Positions 60,802 through 64,000 of a DNA stretch of 64,000 nt are shown here, piece by piece. This DNA comes from Myxococcota bacterium (GTDB taxonomy: Bacteria > Myxococcota_A > Bradymonadia > UBA7976 > UBA1532): positions 14,563 through 78,562 of the forward strand of contig JAYZEG010000008.1 in assembly GCA_036337435.1 (NCBI GenBank), written 5' to 3'. The position numbers and the translations under genes are program-made. The notes under the pieces are model-generated. The model was given only the letters and a program-made list of their open reading frames with translations, did not search any database and had not been told where the DNA came from. Position 1 is the stretch's first letter. Each line of letters begins with the position of its first letter.

Positions 60802-61278
60802 TTGGGCCGAATGCAGATCTCGAGACGACCATTCAAAACCAGCGGCTCTCGTACACCAAGGCGCGCAAAGCGTGTACCATACAAAGCCAGATCGCCAGGT
60901 TGTCTATCCGCTGCAGGGTGTCGTTGTCGCGACCGGGCAGCATTCGCAGTGGCACTTGAGACCGACGCAGCTTCCATAATCTTGAGATACCGAGACGGCA
61001 AAGTGCTCGACTATCAAAGGTCATCGGTCACCGCATGTTCGATGTCAAACCTCACCGGAAACATCCGGGCGGCCAACGCCCGATTAGACCGTCCAGCAAC
61101 GGTGCCAGCCCCGAACGATTTAAGACGTTTTATGCACTGTGTTCAAAGGGAGCAACAGAGGTGTATGAAGAGGCTGCGAAATGAGTTCGGCTGGTTTCCA
61201 GGCCATCTGATGAAACGGACCCATACTTACTGGGCAAGTCCGGGTTTGTGCACGTTGGACAACCGCCACGGGCGATGA
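60802..61278 (+). CDS. Possible hypothetical protein
   Basis: Longest ORF in the gap; no recognisable motif or clear RBS. Confidence 0.3.
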   Translation: MGRMQISRRPFKTSGSRTPRRAKRVPYKARSPGCLSAAGCRCRDRAAFAVALETDAASIILRYRDGKVLDYQRSSVTACSMSNLTGNIRAANARLDRPATVPAPNDLRRFMHCVQREQQRCMKRLRNEFGWFPGHLMKRTHTYWASPGLCTLDNRHGR

Positions 61279-61458
61279 GTACGTGAAAGTTTACGGGTCC
61301 GCCCGACAAGACGACGGTTCTGGGCACCCTGTGCATCTCTTCGGGCCCAATCATTGCCCAAGACTGGTGGGCAGTTTGGCAAAAGAAGTCGAGGCCATAC
61401 CATGCGGGTTGTTCACCGACGAGGCAAGAGGCCGCGTCCCAGTAAAACCGATCTCATG

Positions 61459-62364
61459 TCATGTGAGCGGCTGACGTTGCATAAGATCTGCGATTTGGCG
61501 ATACGTGTCTGCATTCGGGTCGTCTTTCCGATAGATGAGTCGGAAATAATCGCATCGCAAAGCAACCTCAGGAAAAAGGCGTACGAGTTTTCCATCGTCC
61601 AGATCGGGCTTAACCAGATAGAGGGGCAAGACTGAGACCCCTTTTTCGGCCAATACAAGTAATCTGATAGCCGCGGTCGTGCCCATGATGCGGACCCGAT
61701 CAAATTGGATTGAATCGGGTGCTGACTCTGCGTCACGGAAATAGCGGAAGAGCGGTTGTTCGGCTTGTACATCCAAGAGGCAATGGCGACTCGCATCGGC
61801 CGCCGTCCTGAATGGCACCTTATCCAGAAGTCTTCTGGCTGCCACGAGCACGTAGTCTTCACGCTTGAGTCTGATGGAGCGAAAAATTGGATCGACGAAA
61901 ACCCTCGAGGACACCGCACAATCAATATCATAGCCCCTGACTTTCGATTCGATGTCTGGCCCTGAGCCAAAATAATAGTTCACATTTAAATGAGGATAAG
62001 TTCGCTGAAAGCAGTCGAGCATCGGTACAAGCCACGACATGCCCAATTCGTGGCGGGTTCCGATGGTTAAAGACATCGGTGCAGGACCGCTGCCCCCTCG
62101 CCCTATCCGCATGCACTCTTCTGCAATGCTGACCAATTTCCGAGCATGCGGTATCAGGCGCTGCCCAGCAGGCGTGAGTCTGACGTGACGTGTCGTACGC
62201 TCAAATAGTCGCGCCTCGAAGAGCTCTTCTAACTGTTTAATCCTCTTGCCGAAAGCGGCAGGCGTTAACGCGAGGTCTTTTGAAGCCGCTCGAAAGTTCA
62301 GAGTGCGTGCAGCTGATAGAAAGCATCTAATTGACTCGATATCCGGAAGCAATTTGACACCCAT
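61459..62364 (-). CDS. LysR-family transcriptional regulator
   Basis: NFRAASKDLALTPAAFGKRIKQLEE..LFERTTRHVRLTPAG; start set at ATG 62364. Confidence 0.95.
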   Translation of the reverse strand: MGVKLLPDIESIRCFLSAARTLNFRAASKDLALTPAAFGKRIKQLEELFEARLFERTTRHVRLTPAGQRLIPHARKLVSIAEECMRIGRGGSGPAPMSLTIGTRHELGMSWLVPMLDCFQRTYPHLNVNYYFGSGPDIESKVRGYDIDCAVSSRVFVDPIFRSIRLKREDYVLVAARRLLDKVPFRTAADASRHCLLDVQAEQPLFRYFRDAESAPDSIQFDRVRIMGTTAAIRLLVLAEKGVSVLPLYLVKPDLDDGKLVRLFPEVALRCDYFRLIYRKDDPNADTYRQIADLMQRQPLT

Positions 62365-62481
62365 TGTATCGTTTAAGAATACAACAAAAAACACAGATGT
62401 CCGCTTTGCACAAGCAAACACCAGGGCGCCGCAGCTGCATCTGAATCAAAATAACAGCGGATGTTCTTAGTCCAGAATCAT

Positions 62482-63741
62482 CTATTGAATGCTCTGCCAA
62501 TGGTCGCCGTACGGAGCACGATCTACATAGATGGGCGACGACATCATACCGATGTAGTCCTCCAGGGTGCTCGGTATTTTCTTTTTGAGTATCGATGAGT
62601 AATATGGCGGTTTGAGTTCTTTGCGCAGCAGCTGAATCCTAAGATAAGAGTCCCCTTTGAGCGGACGCAAATCCACGTCGGTTTCAAGGCCATGACAACC
62701 CGCCGAAACCTCTTGACGTGCAATGACCTTCTTCCCCAAGAACAGCATGAGCCGACCGCCCCGCTTGCTGCTGATAAATACGCGAATTGAGAGCGAAGCG
62801 TCGTTGGGTCTGATACGGATGGTCTCGCCGATTGAGTGTTGATCTGCGTAAAAAGCCAGGCTGGCATCATCGGTTACGTAGGTTTTGCCATCCTTGACGC
62901 CTGCGATGAGTCCTCGGGGCGTAAGTGACGCTGCTGCAACGGCCGTCGCAACCCGACCAACGTCTTCATGTGAGTGTGCATCAGAGCCTGCAACAAGCGG
63001 AATTTTAAGACCACTGGAAAGAAACTCTTCCCATCTTTTAACAATTCGAAGCGTTGAAAACCTCAATAACGAACGGCCGTTGAATATTTCCACCGCCTGC
63101 AGCTTGGGACGACCCGTATTGTCTTTGAAATTCCTTCGTCTGTAATGTCGACCACCAACGGGCCACCAGCCAGGATGGTTGAGTATCCTTAGGGCCTGCG
63201 GTTGTTGTTTTGCGTAAAATTGAATCAGATCTCGAAAAGAGCGTATCCGCTTACCCGTCCAGTTTGACTCAACCCCCCAGAGTCCAAGGTGGCCATTGGC
63301 ACTGCCAGCTTCAACTCCGAGAAATATCCGCGGGGGCAGCCCTTGGTCAAATCGCCGTTCTTTAATGGCAGGCCACTTTTTTATACCCATGTGGTCTGTG
63401 AGAAATAGGGCATCAATTTTTCGCTTTTCGGCCATTTGACGAATGTCTGTGAGCGCAGAACGATTGCCGCTATGATCGCTGCTGTGAACATGTCCATCTA
63501 CCCTGTAAACGTGTTGTATTGTGCCCTTTGAATCGCGAACTGTCGTGAACAAATTCGAGGGATCTAAGTTCGCTGCGAGCGGCCTGACGACAGATGGGTC
63601 ATAAGTCGCAAAGTTCGACATCTCGCACGCAGGGAGTGTCCGGTCGAATTCCGGCGGTGCAGCCTTGTTGAGAAGCGGACAGAGAAAGAGTCCTATGCCG
63701 ACCAGATAGCTCAATGAGCCGTTCCAGAAAGTCGCTTTCAT
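62482..63741 (-). CDS. Secreted PHP-domain metallohydrolase (CehA/McbA-like)
   Basis: DGHVHS, LTDH, GVE..GHL, NHP, VEIFNG, GSDAH; signal-like N-terminus. Confidence 0.85.
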   Translation of the reverse strand: MKATFWNGSLSYLVGIGLFLCPLLNKAAPPEFDRTLPACEMSNFATYDPSVVRPLAANLDPSNLFTTVRDSKGTIQHVYRVDGHVHSSDHSGNRSALTDIRQMAEKRKIDALFLTDHMGIKKWPAIKERRFDQGLPPRIFLGVEAGSANGHLGLWGVESNWTGKRIRSFRDLIQFYAKQQPQALRILNHPGWWPVGGRHYRRRNFKDNTGRPKLQAVEIFNGRSLLRFSTLRIVKRWEEFLSSGLKIPLVAGSDAHSHEDVGRVATAVAAASLTPRGLIAGVKDGKTYVTDDASLAFYADQHSIGETIRIRPNDASLSIRVFISSKRGGRLMLFLGKKVIARQEVSAGCHGLETDVDLRPLKGDSYLRIQLLRKELKPPYYSSILKKKIPSTLEDYIGMMSSPIYVDRAPYGDHWQSIQ

Positions 63742-64000
63742 TAACCCCACTCCAGCGCAGACATTAACTCGATTCTGCAAAAGCCCTGATAACCGACACC
63801 GTCAACCCAGACGAGAAGCCAGGGCGTATCATTGGTGAGCCGCCTGATACCCGACTCTCCTGCCTATCGCGTGCGCCGCCGAATCCTTAACCTGGCGTAA
63901 TAAAGTACCCCGACTCAACGCACAACTGTCAATGGGCACATCGTAGAAAAGTGGTGGTCGTTCAAAAGGGAGACACACGGGATAGCCAAACAGAGATGAA

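Noticed and set aside
63829..64000. 3' end of a minus-strand gene running off the window
   Set aside because: An open frame of about 56 codons exists but has no recognisable motif.
1..64000. CRISPR arrays, tRNA/rRNA, IS elements, prophage
   Set aside because: No regularly spaced nucleotide repeats, RNA-gene signatures, transposase, integrase or virion genes were seen; the long repeats are protein-level and diverged in DNA.

Overview
Gene-dense bacterial chromosomal window with about 41 supportable CDS. I found no rRNA, tRNA, CRISPR array, transposase, integrase or phage module. The content suggests a Myxococcota/Bradymonadia-like deltaproteobacterium from a sunlit habitat (inference): Cys-rich repeat lipoproteins, a Ser/Thr kinase-AAA-TPR protein, a sigma54 promoter and many orphan outer-membrane barrels. 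Main blocks in order: two cryptochrome-DASH-type genes, one strongly diverged and followed by a sensor-less atypical histidine kinase; an acyl-CoA dehydrogenase; an orphan anti-sigma-like gene plus Spy/CpxP; purF; a Liv-type ABC transporter with an embedded acyl-CoA ligase; tex; GPx and GST; a DNA-repair cluster (nei, DUF2256, HNH, AlkA-like, lhr, nei); a 1347-aa Cys-rich super-repeat lipoprotein; a Pkn kinase; an ECF sigma factor; an orphan SpeD; a YkuD-YiiX fusion; a fibrinogen-domain/sialate-O-acetylesterase surface protein; LysR; a PHP hydrolase. The two strongest leads are (1) the same TGTAAACCGTT-N12-GCGTC ECF-type promoter motif upstream of both the ECF sigma gene (47.8 kb) and the anti-sigma/Spy pair (8.1 kb), implying a split ECF module, and (2) a possible cryptochrome-histidine kinase light-signalling pair. 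All family calls come from motif recognition by eye; no database searches were run.
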